Positions 1-10,622 of a stretch of DNA of 64,000 nt are shown here, piece after piece. Numbering within the stretch: position 1 is the first letter of the stretch; every line of letters starts with the position of its first letter. The notes under the pieces are model-generated. The model made no database searches. It was given only the letters and a program-made list of their open reading frames with translations, and was not told the origin of the DNA. The position numbers and the translations under genes were made by a program. Source of the stretch: Clostridia bacterium (GTDB lineage: Bacteria > Bacillota > Clostridia > TANB77 > CAG-508); the NCBI GenBank assembly GCA_900754285.1, contig CAAECB010000034.1, forward strand, positions 3,458 to 67,457. Direction: 5' to 3'.

Positions 1-10
1 TAACAAAAAC

Positions 11-934
11 CTATTTTTTAGCTTTAATATATTTTTTACCTGGTAACTCAATTATTTTATCTTCCAAAGTCAACATTGTTATTTCATAATTTACATCCTG
101 AATATTCATTTTTGCACATTCCATAAGTCCATCTACATCTATAGGCTTTTCTCCTATATATTTATATATTTTATAATCAACTTTTTCTTCATTTATTTTA
201 CCAAATTTTTTATAAAATTGTTCTTCTATGTCATATTCAAATTTTGTTTTAATTTCTTTTTGAATACATTTTACATTTTTAATTTTTTCTATAATATCAA
301 ATTCATTTGTTACAACATATCCTCCATTTTTCAAAAGTAAATTTGGTGCATATCCTTTTTTACTATCTAAATTACTTGGTATACAAAACACTGGTAAATC
401 AAGTTTTTTTGCAATTTTGGCTGTATTTCTAGTACCACTTCTATAATCACCTTCTACTACAAGAAGCCCTTTACTCAAACCTGCTACAATTCTATTTCTT
501 TCAGTAAATTTACTACTATCAGCTTCAATTTCTTGAGAATATTCTGTTATTACTAAGCCTCCATTATCTATAATTACTCTACACAATTTCTTATTTTCTT
601 TTGGATATATATTTTTTAATCCACAAGGTAGCACAGCTATTGTTTTTCCTTTTTCTATGATTGCACCAATATGAGAATAACTATCTATTCCATTTGCTAA
701 TCCACTAACAATAGTTACCCCTTTTTTACTTAACTTTTTAGAAAAATTTAATGCCATATTTTTTCCATACTCTGTATTTCTTCTTGTTCCAACAATTGCA
801 ACTCTAAAAACATTATTTTTTAACAAATCTATATTTCCAGCAGTATAAATTTTTTTAGGTGGATCTTTTAGTCTTTTCAGTTCAATTGGATATTCTTTAT
901 CTTCCAAATATATTACTTTTTCATTTTTCATCAT
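11..934 (-). CDS. dprA: DprA/Smf-family DNA-processing protein (paralog 1; Rossmann-like DprA core plus C-terminal winged-helix-like extension, no N-terminal SAM domain)
   Basis: Translation has the DprA core motifs (VAIVGTRR..YG, VSGLANGIDS, NRIVAGLS, DLPVFCIPS). It lies beside comM, as in many Firmicutes. Confidence 0.7.
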   Translation of the reverse strand: MMKNEKVIYLEDKEYPIELKRLKDPPKKIYTAGNIDLLKNNVFRVAIVGTRRNTEYGKNMALNFSKKLSKKGVTIVSGLANGIDSYSHIGAIIEKGKTIAVLPCGLKNIYPKENKKLCRVIIDNGGLVITEYSQEIEADSSKFTERNRIVAGLSKGLLVVEGDYRSGTRNTAKIAKKLDLPVFCIPSNLDSKKGYAPNLLLKNGGYVVTNEFDIIEKIKNVKCIQKEIKTKFEYDIEEQFYKKFGKINEEKVDYKIYKYIGEKPIDVDGLMECAKMNIQDVNYEITMLTLEDKIIELPGKKYIKAKK

Positions 935-998
935 ACCATCCTTTCTAAAATTTTAGCATAATATTCAATTTATAATAAACACTTATAGTACATTACAA

Positions 999-2517
999 CT
1001 AATTTACAAATCTATACTGAATTGCTTCTGCCACATTTTGTGCTGTAATATTTTCATTTTCTTCTAAATCTGCAATTGTCCTAGCCACTTTAAGTATTCT
1101 AGTATATGTTCTAGCTGTTAATCCATAATTTGTAAAAGCCTTTTCCATAATCATTTTTCCTGTATTATCCAATTTGCAAAATTCTTCTATTAATTTTGGA
1201 GTTAGTTCACTATTATACAAAATATTTAAACCTTTATATCTATCTCTTTGAATCTTTATTGCCTTTTCTACTCTAGCCTTTATATCCTTAGATTTTTCAG
1301 CTTTTTGCTTTAATTCTAAACTTTCATACTCAATAGGTTTAACATTTACATTTATATCAATTCTATCTAACAAAGGTCCACTTAATTTTGACAAATAATT
1401 TCTTATAGCTGTAGGAGTACATGTACACTCTCTTATACCACTACCATAATATCCACAAGGGCATGGATTCATACTAGCAATTAACATAAAATTGCATGGA
1501 TAAGTCAAACTTGCCCACAATCTAGAAATTGTTATCTCTTTATCCTCTAAAGGACCTCTAAGTGTTTCTAAAGTTTCTTTTCTAAATTCAAGTATTTCAT
1601 CCAAATACAAAACTCCATAATGTGCTAAACTTATTTCACCGTGGCTTTGGTATTCTTCCACCACCAACCATTGATGTTGTTGATATTGTATGATGCGGAG
1701 TTCTAAATGGCCTTGTTGTTATAATTCCTTTTTCACTTTTTAATATTCCAGCTATACTATGAATTTTAGTTATCTCTAATGCCTCTTCAAAGCTCAAATC
1801 TGGTAAAATAGTTGGTAATCTTTTAGCAAGCATTGTTTTACCTCCACCTGGACTTCCTGTAAGTAAACAATTATGCCATCCAGCAGCTACAATTTCTAAT
1901 GCTCTTTTGGCATTTTCTTGTCCTTTTACATCAGCAAAATCTATATCAAATAATTTGGAAATATTATTATCAAAATTTATATTTGAATCCACAACTTCTA
2001 TCTGTTTATTTTGATTTATATATTCAATAACTTCTACAAGTGTCTTTACTGGCAATATTTGCAGCCCTCCAATAATTGTTGCTTCTTTTTCATTTTCCTT
2101 TGGCACAAAAATCTTTTTTATTCCACATTTTTTTGCTTCTATACATATAGGCAAAATCCCAGGTATTTTGTTTATCTTTCCATCTAAAGCCAATTCTCCT
2201 ATAAATATTGTTGATTTTTCATCAAACTTACTTATTGCTCCAACTGCAGATAATATTCCTACAGCAATTGGCAAATCATATCCACTTCCTTCTTTTTTTA
2301 TATCTGATGGTGCCAAATTTATTAATATTTTTCTACTATTTAATTGAACACCAGAATTTTTTATTGCTGATTTTATTCTTTCTTTAGACTCTTTTACAGT
2401 AACATCTGGCAACCCCACTATTTCAAAGTTTGGAAGTCCTCCTGATATATCTGTTTGAACCTCAACCAATTTTCCATCTAATCCCATAAGTGAAATTGTT
2501 TGTATTATTGATAACAT
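999..2517 (-). pseudogene. comM: ComM/YifB Mg-chelatase-like AAA+ ATPase split into two overlapping ORFs (1636..2517 N-terminal Lon-like domain plus Walker A; 999..1667 remainder) by a frameshift near 1636-1667
   Basis: ORF1 ends ...LLTGSPGGGKTMLAKR...GGGRIPKPR. ORF2 continues with ...LAHYGVLYLDEILEF... in another frame. Together they span about 505 aa, typical of ComM. Confidence 0.6.
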
Positions 2518-2676
2518 TTTTTGCCTCCTTTTTTCATAAAATTATTGATTTTTAAGGTGTTTTATTATACAATATTTTTACACAAATTATTAACCCAATC
2601 AAAAGTGGAACGCAATTAACACTACTAAATTTTTACTTTACTATACTGCATTCCATAGAAAGGACTTAGATAAAAT

Positions 2677-4935
2677 ATGAAAAAAAATACAAGTAGAAAA
2701 GATAAAAAAGTTTTAAATATAAATAATGAATTCACTTCACAAAATTTTATACATACTAAAAAATTAAAAGTAATATTTCTAGTTTCAATTATTATTTTTG
2801 TTTTATTAGTTTCAAGACTTGCTGTAATCCAATTTGTTGATGGTACATATTTAAAAGAAAAAGCTTACTCACAACAAACAATTAACCAAATTATTAGCCC
2901 TAAACGTGGAAATATATATGATTCAACTGGAAAAGTTTTAGCAAGTAGTGTAGCAGTTGACACTATAACAATTAATCCTCAAAAAATAGTTGATGCTAAT
3001 GATGATAGCAAAACTAACGAACTTAAAGAAAAGGTAGCAAAAGGACTATCAGAAATATTTGAATTAGACTACAACGAAACATTAGAAAAAGTAAAAAGCA
3101 ATTCACAAGTTGAAACAATTGCTAAAAAAATAGACCAATCTAAAGTTGAAACTCTTCAAAAATGGATGAAAGAAAATAAAATATCTGTTGGAATAAACAT
3201 TGATGAAGATTCAAAACGTTATTACCCTTATGACACAGTTCTATCTAACGTATTAGGTTTTTGTGGAACAGACAATTCTGGAATAGTTGGACTAGAATCT
3301 ACATACAATTCTGTTTTACAAGGTACTCCAGGAAAAATTGTAAGTTCAAAAGGTAGTGACCAAGAAGAAATTCCAAATGCAGAAGAAACTTATATTTCTG
3401 CTGAAAACGGTAGTGACCTAACATTAACTATAGATTATAATATTCAAACAATTGTAGAAGAATATCTTTCTCAAGCTTGTGTCAACTTAAATGCCAAAGG
3501 TGGCGGTACTTGTATTGCAATGAATCCTAAAACAGGAAAAATTTTAGCAATGGCAGACTATCCGAACTACAATCTAAATACACCATTTACTCCAAATGAA
3601 TCACTTTCCTCTACATATGATTCACTTTCTACAGAAGAAAAAGGAAATGCTTTACATTCAATGTGGAGAAACAAATGTGTAGCAGATTTATATGAACCTG
3701 GTTCTGTATTCAAATTAATAACCGCATCAGTCGCATTAGAAGAGCACATTACAACACCAGATATTAGTGGGGATTTTAACTGTAAAGGATATGAACAAGT
3801 TGCAGATAAAAAAATCAGTTGTTGGAGTACTACTCCACATGGTTCTTTATCACTAAGACAAGCTCTAGAAAAATCTTGTAACCCTGCATTAATGCAATTA
3901 GGTAAAAGAATTGGTGTTTCTACATTATATAATTATTATAGAGCTTATGGATTATTTGAAACAACAGGCAGCAATTTATATGGAGAATCTAATTCCCTAT
4001 TTACTAAAGAATCTAGTGTAGCAGATGTTGAGCTTGCTACCATGTCTTTTGGGCAAAGGCTTAATATCACCCCTTTGCAGATGATTACAGCAATATCTGC
4101 AATTGCTAATGATGGTATCTTAATGAAACCAATGATTGTTGATAAAATTACTAATGCAGATACAGGTGCTGTTACTACTGTAGAACCAACTCAAGTTCGC
4201 CAAGTTCTTTCTAAAGAAACAGCAAGTACTATGAAAGATTTAATGAAATCTGTAGTTGTAGATGGTACTGGTTACCGTGGTGCTGTTACAGGATACTCTG
4301 TAGGTGGAAAAACTGGTACTTCTGAACCTCCAGATGGAAAAGAAAGTGAAGGTTATGTTGCATCATTTGCTGCAATATCACCTGTAGAAGATACTCAAAT
4401 CGTTTTACTTGTATGCTTCTATGGATTAAATAAGGGACAACAAGGTGGACAAGTTGCTGCTCCAGTTGCTTCACAAATGTTGACAAAAATCTTACCATAT
4501 ATGGGTGTTCCTTCTGACACAACAGATACAGGTTCATCTGATTTAACACAAATCTCTGATGTAAGAAACAAAACATTTACAGAAGCAGAAAAAGTACTAA
4601 CTGCTGCTGGATTTAAAGTAAAATCTGTAACTAGTCAAAATAAAAATACAACCACCGTTTCTGACCAAGTTCCTAAACCTGGTGTATCTTTATCCAAAAA
4701 TTCTATAGTTATGCTTTATGATAATACAACAACAGCAAGAACTTCAGTTACAGTTCCTGACTTAAATTTAAAAACTTCTGCACAAGCTATAAGTGCATTA
4801 CACAATTTAAATTTAAATGTTTCTATTGATGGTTCTGGTACTGTTGTCTCACAAGATCCTCCAGCAAATTCTAAAGTTGAAGAAGGTACTGTTATAAAAA
4901 TAACACTTAAAAACGGAAGTAAATCAGCACATTAA
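2677..4935 (+). CDS. Class B penicillin-binding protein / peptidoglycan D,D-transpeptidase with C-terminal PASTA domains (SpoVD/PBP2B-like)
   Basis: Has the SxxK (GSVFKLIT), SxN (EKSCNPA) and KTG (GGKTGTS) motifs. It also has an N-terminal TM anchor and a 752-aa length with a PASTA-like tail. Confidence 0.85.
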   Translation: MKKNTSRKDKKVLNINNEFTSQNFIHTKKLKVIFLVSIIIFVLLVSRLAVIQFVDGTYLKEKAYSQQTINQIISPKRGNIYDSTGKVLASSVAVDTITINPQKIVDANDDSKTNELKEKVAKGLSEIFELDYNETLEKVKSNSQVETIAKKIDQSKVETLQKWMKENKISVGINIDEDSKRYYPYDTVLSNVLGFCGTDNSGIVGLESTYNSVLQGTPGKIVSSKGSDQEEIPNAEETYISAENGSDLTLTIDYNIQTIVEEYLSQACVNLNAKGGGTCIAMNPKTGKILAMADYPNYNLNTPFTPNESLSSTYDSLSTEEKGNALHSMWRNKCVADLYEPGSVFKLITASVALEEHITTPDISGDFNCKGYEQVADKKISCWSTTPHGSLSLRQALEKSCNPALMQLGKRIGVSTLYNYYRAYGLFETTGSNLYGESNSLFTKESSVADVELATMSFGQRLNITPLQMITAISAIANDGILMKPMIVDKITNADTGAVTTVEPTQVRQVLSKETASTMKDLMKSVVVDGTGYRGAVTGYSVGGKTGTSEPPDGKESEGYVASFAAISPVEDTQIVLLVCFYGLNKGQQGGQVAAPVASQMLTKILPYMGVPSDTTDTGSSDLTQISDVRNKTFTEAEKVLTAAGFKVKSVTSQNKNTTTVSDQVPKPGVSLSKNSIVMLYDNTTTARTSVTVPDLNLKTSAQAISALHNLNLNVSIDGSGTVVSQDPPANSKVEEGTVIKITLKNGSKSAH

Positions 4936-4967
4936 AACCATTTTACAGATTCTATATTTTTACCTTT

Positions 4968-5010
4968 AGGAAATTGCACTAAAAATGCAATTTCCTACTT
5001 TTTTTCTTTT
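4968..5010 (+). terminator. Intrinsic terminator hairpin (11-bp stem AGGAAATTGCA/TGCAATTTCCT) followed by a T-run, downstream of the PBP gene
   Basis: Perfect inverted repeat with a 7-nt loop, then ACTTTTTTTCTTTTC. Confidence 0.6.
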
Positions 5011-5028
5011 CTTTTTTATTCTTTTTTT

Positions 5029-5856
5029 TCATTCTATTTTTTCTTTTTTCCAATATTCTTTCACTAGTTCATCTAAATATTTTATATAAATATTTTCCTC
5101 TTTTATCTTTTCCATTGTACTTATATCTACACCTTTAAAAAACGCAATCCATTGCTCTTTTTTTGACATTTCATTTTCATTATTCACTTTAAATTTGGGT
5201 AATTCTAAGATATGAGTTTCCGCTCTTTCTTCACTAAAATCTATTGATTTAAATTTATTTAAAATTTCTTTTCTATGATATTCTAAATTTTGATAATACG
5301 TAAAATCCAAAATATTGATAGTAATCGTCTTTGCAGTATTCCTATGGTCTTCATAATAAATTTGATTTGTATGAACAAATAAATAGTATAAAGCTATTTT
5401 TTTCTGAATATGTTTTCCATCTATAAACTGTATTCCTATATTAAATTCTTCTTCATTTTTAGTAGTCACTCTAACATCTACTACTCCCATTTTATGATAT
5501 GCCGGAATATATTTTTCAAGAGTATCGATATAAGTGTTCATCTTTATTTTTTGTATATCTATATTTAATATACTCTGTATAAAATCTTTTAAGATATTTG
5601 TATAATTTTCATTAGATAAAACCTTTTTTAAAACATAATTTCTATTACAAATTAAATCTTGATTCATTATTTTATAATTCCATTCCTCCTTTCGTACTAT
5701 AAAATATTTTCTTCTGTTTTTATGGGAAATTTTAGATATAAAAAATTGAAATAAAATTTTTGAATTATAATTCTTAAATCCAGTATACTTACTTTTATAT
5801 TCTTTGTCAATTACTTTTCTCTTTATTTTTCGAGTTTTCATCGCAAATTTCGACAA
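5029..5856 (-). CDS. PD-(D/E)XK nuclease-family protein (Rpn/YhgA-like putative transposase/nuclease)
   Basis: Has the D...E.Q core pattern (GVVDVRV...EEFNIGIQFIDGK) at about 275 aa, but the similarity is loose. Confidence 0.4.
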   Translation of the reverse strand: MSKFAMKTRKIKRKVIDKEYKSKYTGFKNYNSKILFQFFISKISHKNRRKYFIVRKEEWNYKIMNQDLICNRNYVLKKVLSNENYTNILKDFIQSILNIDIQKIKMNTYIDTLEKYIPAYHKMGVVDVRVTTKNEEEFNIGIQFIDGKHIQKKIALYYLFVHTNQIYYEDHRNTAKTITINILDFTYYQNLEYHRKEILNKFKSIDFSEERAETHILELPKFKVNNENEMSKKEQWIAFFKGVDISTMEKIKEENIYIKYLDELVKEYWKKEKIE

Positions 5857-5930
5857 TACAAAACCTATTATGTTTTAGTTTGTTATCTATATTTCAGTAC
5901 TTATTAATTTATATTACCTTAATTGTTATT

Positions 5931-5968
5931 AGTAATGTTTTTTGAGTCCAGCCCCAAAAACATCAATA
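5931..5968. repeat. Hairpin-repeat family copy 1 (stem ATGTTTTT/AAAAACAT, loop TGAGTCCAGCCCC)
   Basis: Inverted arms flank a 13-nt loop that is near-identical to the copies at 27920, 38450 and 50930. Confidence 0.7.
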
Positions 5969-6028
5969 AGAAAATTTAAACGTAAATAGGACCAAATCTA
6001 CTGCTTTCAATCTGGTCCTATTTTCAAC

Positions 6029-6298
6029 TTATTTGAGGTACAATAACTCACAAAGATATGGTATGGCTTGATATCTCTCTTTTGGTAAATAATAGCTTAA
6101 ATAATATTTTAAGTTACAAAAATCTTCATCACATTCATTAAAATTATTATTTTCAGCCCAAATATCCAAAGCTTTTGTTGAATTAATTTCAGTTGTTGCC
6201 ATCTTTGCTATGGCAAATTTCAAAACCTCTTTAAAATATTGCCATTTTCCCTTCTGTAGTCCTTCTACAAACAATTCCTTCATCATTCTTTCTGCCAT
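6029..6298 (-). CDS. Hypothetical protein (89 aa)
   Basis: ORF with an upstream AGAGAGG RBS-like sequence. No recognisable domain. Confidence 0.3.
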   Translation of the reverse strand: MAERMMKELFVEGLQKGKWQYFKEVLKFAIAKMATTEINSTKALDIWAENNNFNECDEDFCNLKYYLSYYLPKERYQAIPYLCELLYLK

Positions 6299-6323
6299 TT
6301 TTTATACCTCTCTTTCTTTTGTT

Positions 6324-6349
6324 TGACTCTTAAAATTATTTAAGAGTCA
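6324..6349. promoter_or_regulatory. Perfect palindrome TGACTCTTAAA-ATTA-TTTAAGAGTCA between the EndoQ-like gene end and the 89-aa ORF start (terminator or operator candidate)
   Basis: 11-bp arms are exactly complementary and there is no U-tract. Confidence 0.3.
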
Positions 6350-6469
6350 TAATATATCTGACTACAAATATATTATAACTCTTATTTTTGATATTGTCAA
6401 ATTCTGGTAATTTAGATAACATAATATAAAAATCACAGTAACAAACTACTAATGCTAATGCTTATCACT

Positions 6470-7705
6470 TTATTCTATTTTACCATAATTGCCTCCACCG
6501 CCTGCATGAACTATGCATTTACCTTTTCTAGCATCATCTATTTTATTAGCTATTTTTTCTCCTACCACCGCTTCTATATCATCTTTTGAAAGTTTGTGTA
6601 AAATATTCATTTCAGTTTCAAAAGTTTCTAAAAGTTTTTCTATTGTTTTACCTCCAACACCAGGCACAAAACCAAGTGGTACTTGATAAATATATTGAGG
6701 TCTGTTTGCTGGACTCTTACTTTCAGGCTTATCCTTTATTAATTCAATTCTATCAAAAACACCAAAAGTAACTTTATCACTATTGCAATATGGGCATTTG
6801 TCAACAGGTTCTTTTGTTTCTATTGTTTGCTCGCAATTATCACAATGTGTTCTATGGTATTTACCAAGTTTTGGATCTAATCCATAATTTGCTACAACTT
6901 TTCTACCATCTTCATTTTTTAATGCTTTTACAACTTCTTTAAAAGATATATCCTCAACTTGCATTTTATTATATTCTCTCGCTATTTTAGGTAATGAATG
7001 TGCATCTGAATTTGTAACAAAAGTCTTATTTTCTAATTCCGAAATCATATCTGCTAAATATGTATCAGAACTCAATCCTAATTCCACTGCAAAAATTTTA
7101 TCATATTTTTCCTTAAAAATGTCTTTCATTCTATCTGTACAATTTCCATAATAACTTTTAAATGGTGTAAATACATGTGCTGGAATCAATATTCCATTGT
7201 ATTTTTCTACAATATCTATTAAATCATATCCTGATAAATCTGAACGTTGTGTACTTAATGTTATATTTTTTATATGATGGCTCATTTCTTCGGAAAAGCC
7301 TTTTATATCCTTTAAATATGGAAAAAAGCAAACATTGTGTGCACTACCACATTTCCCGTTTCTACCTTTTTCAGAAGTTTCTACTTCACTTCCTAGTAAT
7401 ATACATACTTTATCTTTATAGATAATTCCACCATCTTTTAACTCATATGCATCCCCATTTTCCAAAAATTTTTCTATATCTTCTATTACATATGGTGAAG
7501 CACAATCTATTATTCCTACAACTTGTATTCCTTTTCTTGATTCACATTCTTTTGCTATATTAGCAAAATTTAAAGTTCTGGCTGCTGTTATTTTTATTGG
7601 CTTTCCTGATTCAGATCTTCCTATATGAACATGTAAATCTGCAAATATTTCATACATCTTACTCTCATTCCTCTCTAAAACTAATTTGAAAACTTCAAAA
7701 TTCAT
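6470..7705 (-). CDS. Endonuclease Q-like protein (TIGR00375-type; PHP-domain hydrolase with C-terminal zinc finger)
   Basis: N-terminus IFADLHVHIGRSESGKPIKITAARTLNFANIA...GIIDCASPYV matches the EndoQ/PHP signature. A CDNCEQ...CPYC zinc ribbon is present. Confidence 0.55.
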   Translation of the reverse strand: MNFEVFKLVLERNESKMYEIFADLHVHIGRSESGKPIKITAARTLNFANIAKECESRKGIQVVGIIDCASPYVIEDIEKFLENGDAYELKDGGIIYKDKVCILLGSEVETSEKGRNGKCGSAHNVCFFPYLKDIKGFSEEMSHHIKNITLSTQRSDLSGYDLIDIVEKYNGILIPAHVFTPFKSYYGNCTDRMKDIFKEKYDKIFAVELGLSSDTYLADMISELENKTFVTNSDAHSLPKIAREYNKMQVEDISFKEVVKALKNEDGRKVVANYGLDPKLGKYHRTHCDNCEQTIETKEPVDKCPYCNSDKVTFGVFDRIELIKDKPESKSPANRPQYIYQVPLGFVPGVGGKTIEKLLETFETEMNILHKLSKDDIEAVVGEKIANKIDDARKGKCIVHAGGGGNYGKIE

Positions 7706-7712
7706 TTACTTC

Positions 7713-8513
7713 CTAATTTTTTCTATTATCTACTAACTCTCCTATAACTTTTCTTGTTGTTTCTTCACTAAATAATGGTCTATTAGGATTTCCTACTTCT
7801 AATTTACTTAAATTTTTTCTAGCTTTAAAAAATTCTCCACATTGTTGTCTACATATTGCTTCATCAACTTTCATTTCATATTCATAAACAACTGCAGTGA
7901 TAAATTTTTTTACATCTTCTGCTTCTTTATAAGTATTTACTAACAAATTTAAAGGTGATATTTCTACTTTATCATTTACCTGAACCTTTTCCAATTTCTT
8001 AATAAAATCTACAAATACTTGCAAAAATTGATTATTAACATCTTTTAAATTTCTATACTCAAGTAATACTAAGGCTTCATCAACTTTCATTCCTATTCTT
8101 TCTGGTCTATCCAAAAGCATAGCACCAAATTGGTCTACTAATTCTAGTATATCACTTTCTTTAGCTCTATTTTTTTGAATTTTATATCTATTCATACCAG
8201 CACAAATATTACAAAACTCTTGTCCAAAACCAATTGTATACAAATAATCTGCACCCTCTTGTGCAAAAGCTTTTATTTTTTCTATATCATTTGCAACTTC
8301 AATTTTCTTACAACTTGCAAGTAATGATGCTGTTATTAATAAATTATGATCTACTTCTAAGTCTACATTATTTAAAAATAACCTCATTATCTCTGTTTTA
8401 AAAATTACTGATTTATCAAAAAATATATTTTCTTTTTTAGATAAATAATATGCTATCTCCATTTTAGAACCTGTATTTTTCTCATTTAATATATAATCTG
8501 CAAATGTCTCCAA
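7713..8513 (-). CDS. Hypothetical protein (266 aa) with two Cys pairs (CNICAG, CRQQCG), co-oriented and adjacent to the EndoQ-like gene
   Basis: ORF with an 8-bp gap to the downstream gene. No recognisable domain. Confidence 0.4.
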   Translation of the reverse strand: METFADYILNEKNTGSKMEIAYYLSKKENIFFDKSVIFKTEIMRLFLNNVDLEVDHNLLITASLLASCKKIEVANDIEKIKAFAQEGADYLYTIGFGQEFCNICAGMNRYKIQKNRAKESDILELVDQFGAMLLDRPERIGMKVDEALVLLEYRNLKDVNNQFLQVFVDFIKKLEKVQVNDKVEISPLNLLVNTYKEAEDVKKFITAVVYEYEMKVDEAICRQQCGEFFKARKNLSKLEVGNPNRPLFSEETTRKVIGELVDNRKN

Positions 8514-8618
8514 TCTTACTTCATCCCTTTCTTAAAATTCAAACACAGTTAGAAAAAAGTTAAATTTTATCAAAGCAAATTTTTAACAAAACTATAATCT
8601 TTTTCAACATTGTTCATT

Positions 8619-9062
8619 TTAGTTTAAATCTTTTATGGCATTTCTTGCCATCTCATCACAACGATTATTAAATTCATTATCACTATGTCCTTTAACCTTA
8701 ATAAATTTAATTTTATGCACTTTAGTCATTTGATATATTGCTTCCCAAATTTCTTTATTTTTAACTGGCTCTTTATTAGCTGTTTGCCAATTATTTTTTT
8801 GCCAATTATAAATCCAACCTTTATCAAAGCCATTTACCAAATAGGCACTATCACTATATAAATCAACTTCACAAGGAAATTTCAAAAGCTTTAATGCCTC
8901 TAAAGCTGCTGTTAATTCCATTACATTATTAGTTGTATCTTTTTTTCCTCCTGAAATCTCTTTTTTATTATCACCTGCCATTAAAATAGCTCCCCATCCA
9001 CCTGGACCAGGATTACCTGAGCAAGCTCCATCTGTATATATTACTACTTTTTGCATAATCAC
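8619..9062 (-). CDS. rnhA: Ribonuclease HI
   Basis: VVIYTDGACSGNPGPGGWGAIL... is the classic RNase H1 N-terminus, at 147 aa. Confidence 0.9.
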   Translation of the reverse strand: MIMQKVVIYTDGACSGNPGPGGWGAILMAGDNKKEISGGKKDTTNNVMELTAALEALKLLKFPCEVDLYSDSAYLVNGFDKGWIYNWQKNNWQTANKEPVKNKEIWEAIYQMTKVHKIKFIKVKGHSDNEFNNRCDEMARNAIKDLN

Positions 9063-9161
9063 AAACCTTTCTTTATAAGCAAATTAATTGTTTTTTTTCT
9101 TTTTATATGTTATCATTATAACAATAAAAAATAAATAAAACAATAGAGAGGACTAATATTT

Positions 9162-10412
9162 ATGGAAAAAGTTTTAGGAATAATTACAGAATATAATCCA
9201 TTCCACAATGGACATTTATATCACTTAAATGAAAGTAAAAAACAAACAAATTGCCAATACTCAATATGTGTTATGAGTGGCAATTTTACGCAAAGAGGAG
9301 CAACCTCAATAATAGACAAATGGTCAAAAGCAAAAATGGCAATTCAAAATGGTATAGATTTAATAATAGAATTACCTACTTTATATGCAATTTCAAGTGC
9401 CGAAAATTTTGCATATGGAGCAATTAAAATTCTAGATTCTTTAAATATTGTAACAGATATAAGTTTTGGAACAGAATCAAATAACATTGATTTATTAGAT
9501 AATATTGCTCATTTATTATTAACTGAACCTGAAGAATTTAAAACATTTCTTAATGAAGAATTAAACAAAGGTTCTTCTTTTCCTAAAGCACGTGAAATCG
9601 CTTGTGCAAAATACTTACAAAAAGACTCTCCAGAAAACCTTTTACTATATAATAATATTTTATCCTCACCAAATAATATTTTAGGAATTGAATACTTAAA
9701 AGCTTTAAAAAAGCTAAATAGCAATATTACTCCTCATGTAATTAATAGAATTGAATCTGAACATAATAGCCTAGATATAAAAAATAATATTGCAAGTAGC
9801 AGTGCTATTCGCAATATCATTTCTGAAAATCAAAACTTAGAAATATTAAAAAAACTGATGCCAGAAAACAGCTACACTATGCTTATGGAAAATTTTAAAA
9901 ATGGTCATTTTGTTCCAGATATTTCATGTTTTGAAAAGGAAATTTTTTATAGATTACGTCAAATGTCTACACAAGATATTGCTAATCTTGCAGAAGTAAA
10001 TGAGGGCTTAGAATACAAAATTAAAACTGCAGCTAATTCATGCAACAATTTAAATACATTTTTTGATATTGTAAAATCTAAACGTTTTACACGTACACGC
10101 CTACAACGAATACTACTTTACTCCCTTCTCAACATAACAAAAGAGGATATGCTTTTGTCTAAAAATGCTTCACCTTATATTCATGTATTAGGATTTAATA
10201 CTAATGGACAAAACCTATTATCTCAAATATCAAAAGCTAATCCTAAATTAAAAATTATAACTTCTGTTAAAAAATTCGAAAATACTTGCACAGACCTTAG
10301 CCTAAAAAACATTCTTGAAAAAGATATTTTAGCTACTAATGTATATACCCTTGCATATACTAAAAATTCTTTTGCTAATTTAGATTATACTACACATTTA
10401 ATTAATATATAA
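9162..10412 (+). CDS. tmcAL: tRNA(Met) cytidine acetate ligase TmcAL (YlbM/DUF795 nucleotidyltransferase)
   Basis: GIITEYNPFHNGHLYHL HIGH-like motif at about 416 aa. Confidence 0.7.
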   Translation: MEKVLGIITEYNPFHNGHLYHLNESKKQTNCQYSICVMSGNFTQRGATSIIDKWSKAKMAIQNGIDLIIELPTLYAISSAENFAYGAIKILDSLNIVTDISFGTESNNIDLLDNIAHLLLTEPEEFKTFLNEELNKGSSFPKAREIACAKYLQKDSPENLLLYNNILSSPNNILGIEYLKALKKLNSNITPHVINRIESEHNSLDIKNNIASSSAIRNIISENQNLEILKKLMPENSYTMLMENFKNGHFVPDISCFEKEIFYRLRQMSTQDIANLAEVNEGLEYKIKTAANSCNNLNTFFDIVKSKRFTRTRLQRILLYSLLNITKEDMLLSKNASPYIHVLGFNTNGQNLLSQISKANPKLKIITSVKKFENTCTDLSLKNILEKDILATNVYTLAYTKNSFANLDYTTHLINI

Positions 10413-10489
10413 AAAGATTAGTATATATATTTTTTGAAATATGAAAATGTGAATGAAATAACTTTAGAAAATCTAAATTAATTTTTTGA

Positions 10490-10538
10490 AAAAGTTCACG
10501 TCGAATGGCATCAGCCATGAGGACTAAGATGAACTTTT
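10490..10538. terminator. Compound hairpin (AAAAGTTCA ... TGAACTTTT arms enclosing an inner ATGGC-ATCA-GCCAT palindrome) in the convergent tmcAL/hlyIII intergenic region
   Basis: Nested inverted repeats. The element is locally GC-richer than its flanks. Confidence 0.35.
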
Positions 10539-10622
10539 AACAAAAATTAAGATAGATTTTCTTAGTTATGTAATAAACCTTTGAATACGAAAAAAAATAT
10601 ATATACTAATCTTTTATATTTA

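Noticed and set aside
3567-4576. Minus-strand ORFs (3567..3749, 4286..4576) inside the PBP gene
   Set aside because: Fully embedded antisense to a well-supported CDS. Low-complexity translations, so shadow ORFs.
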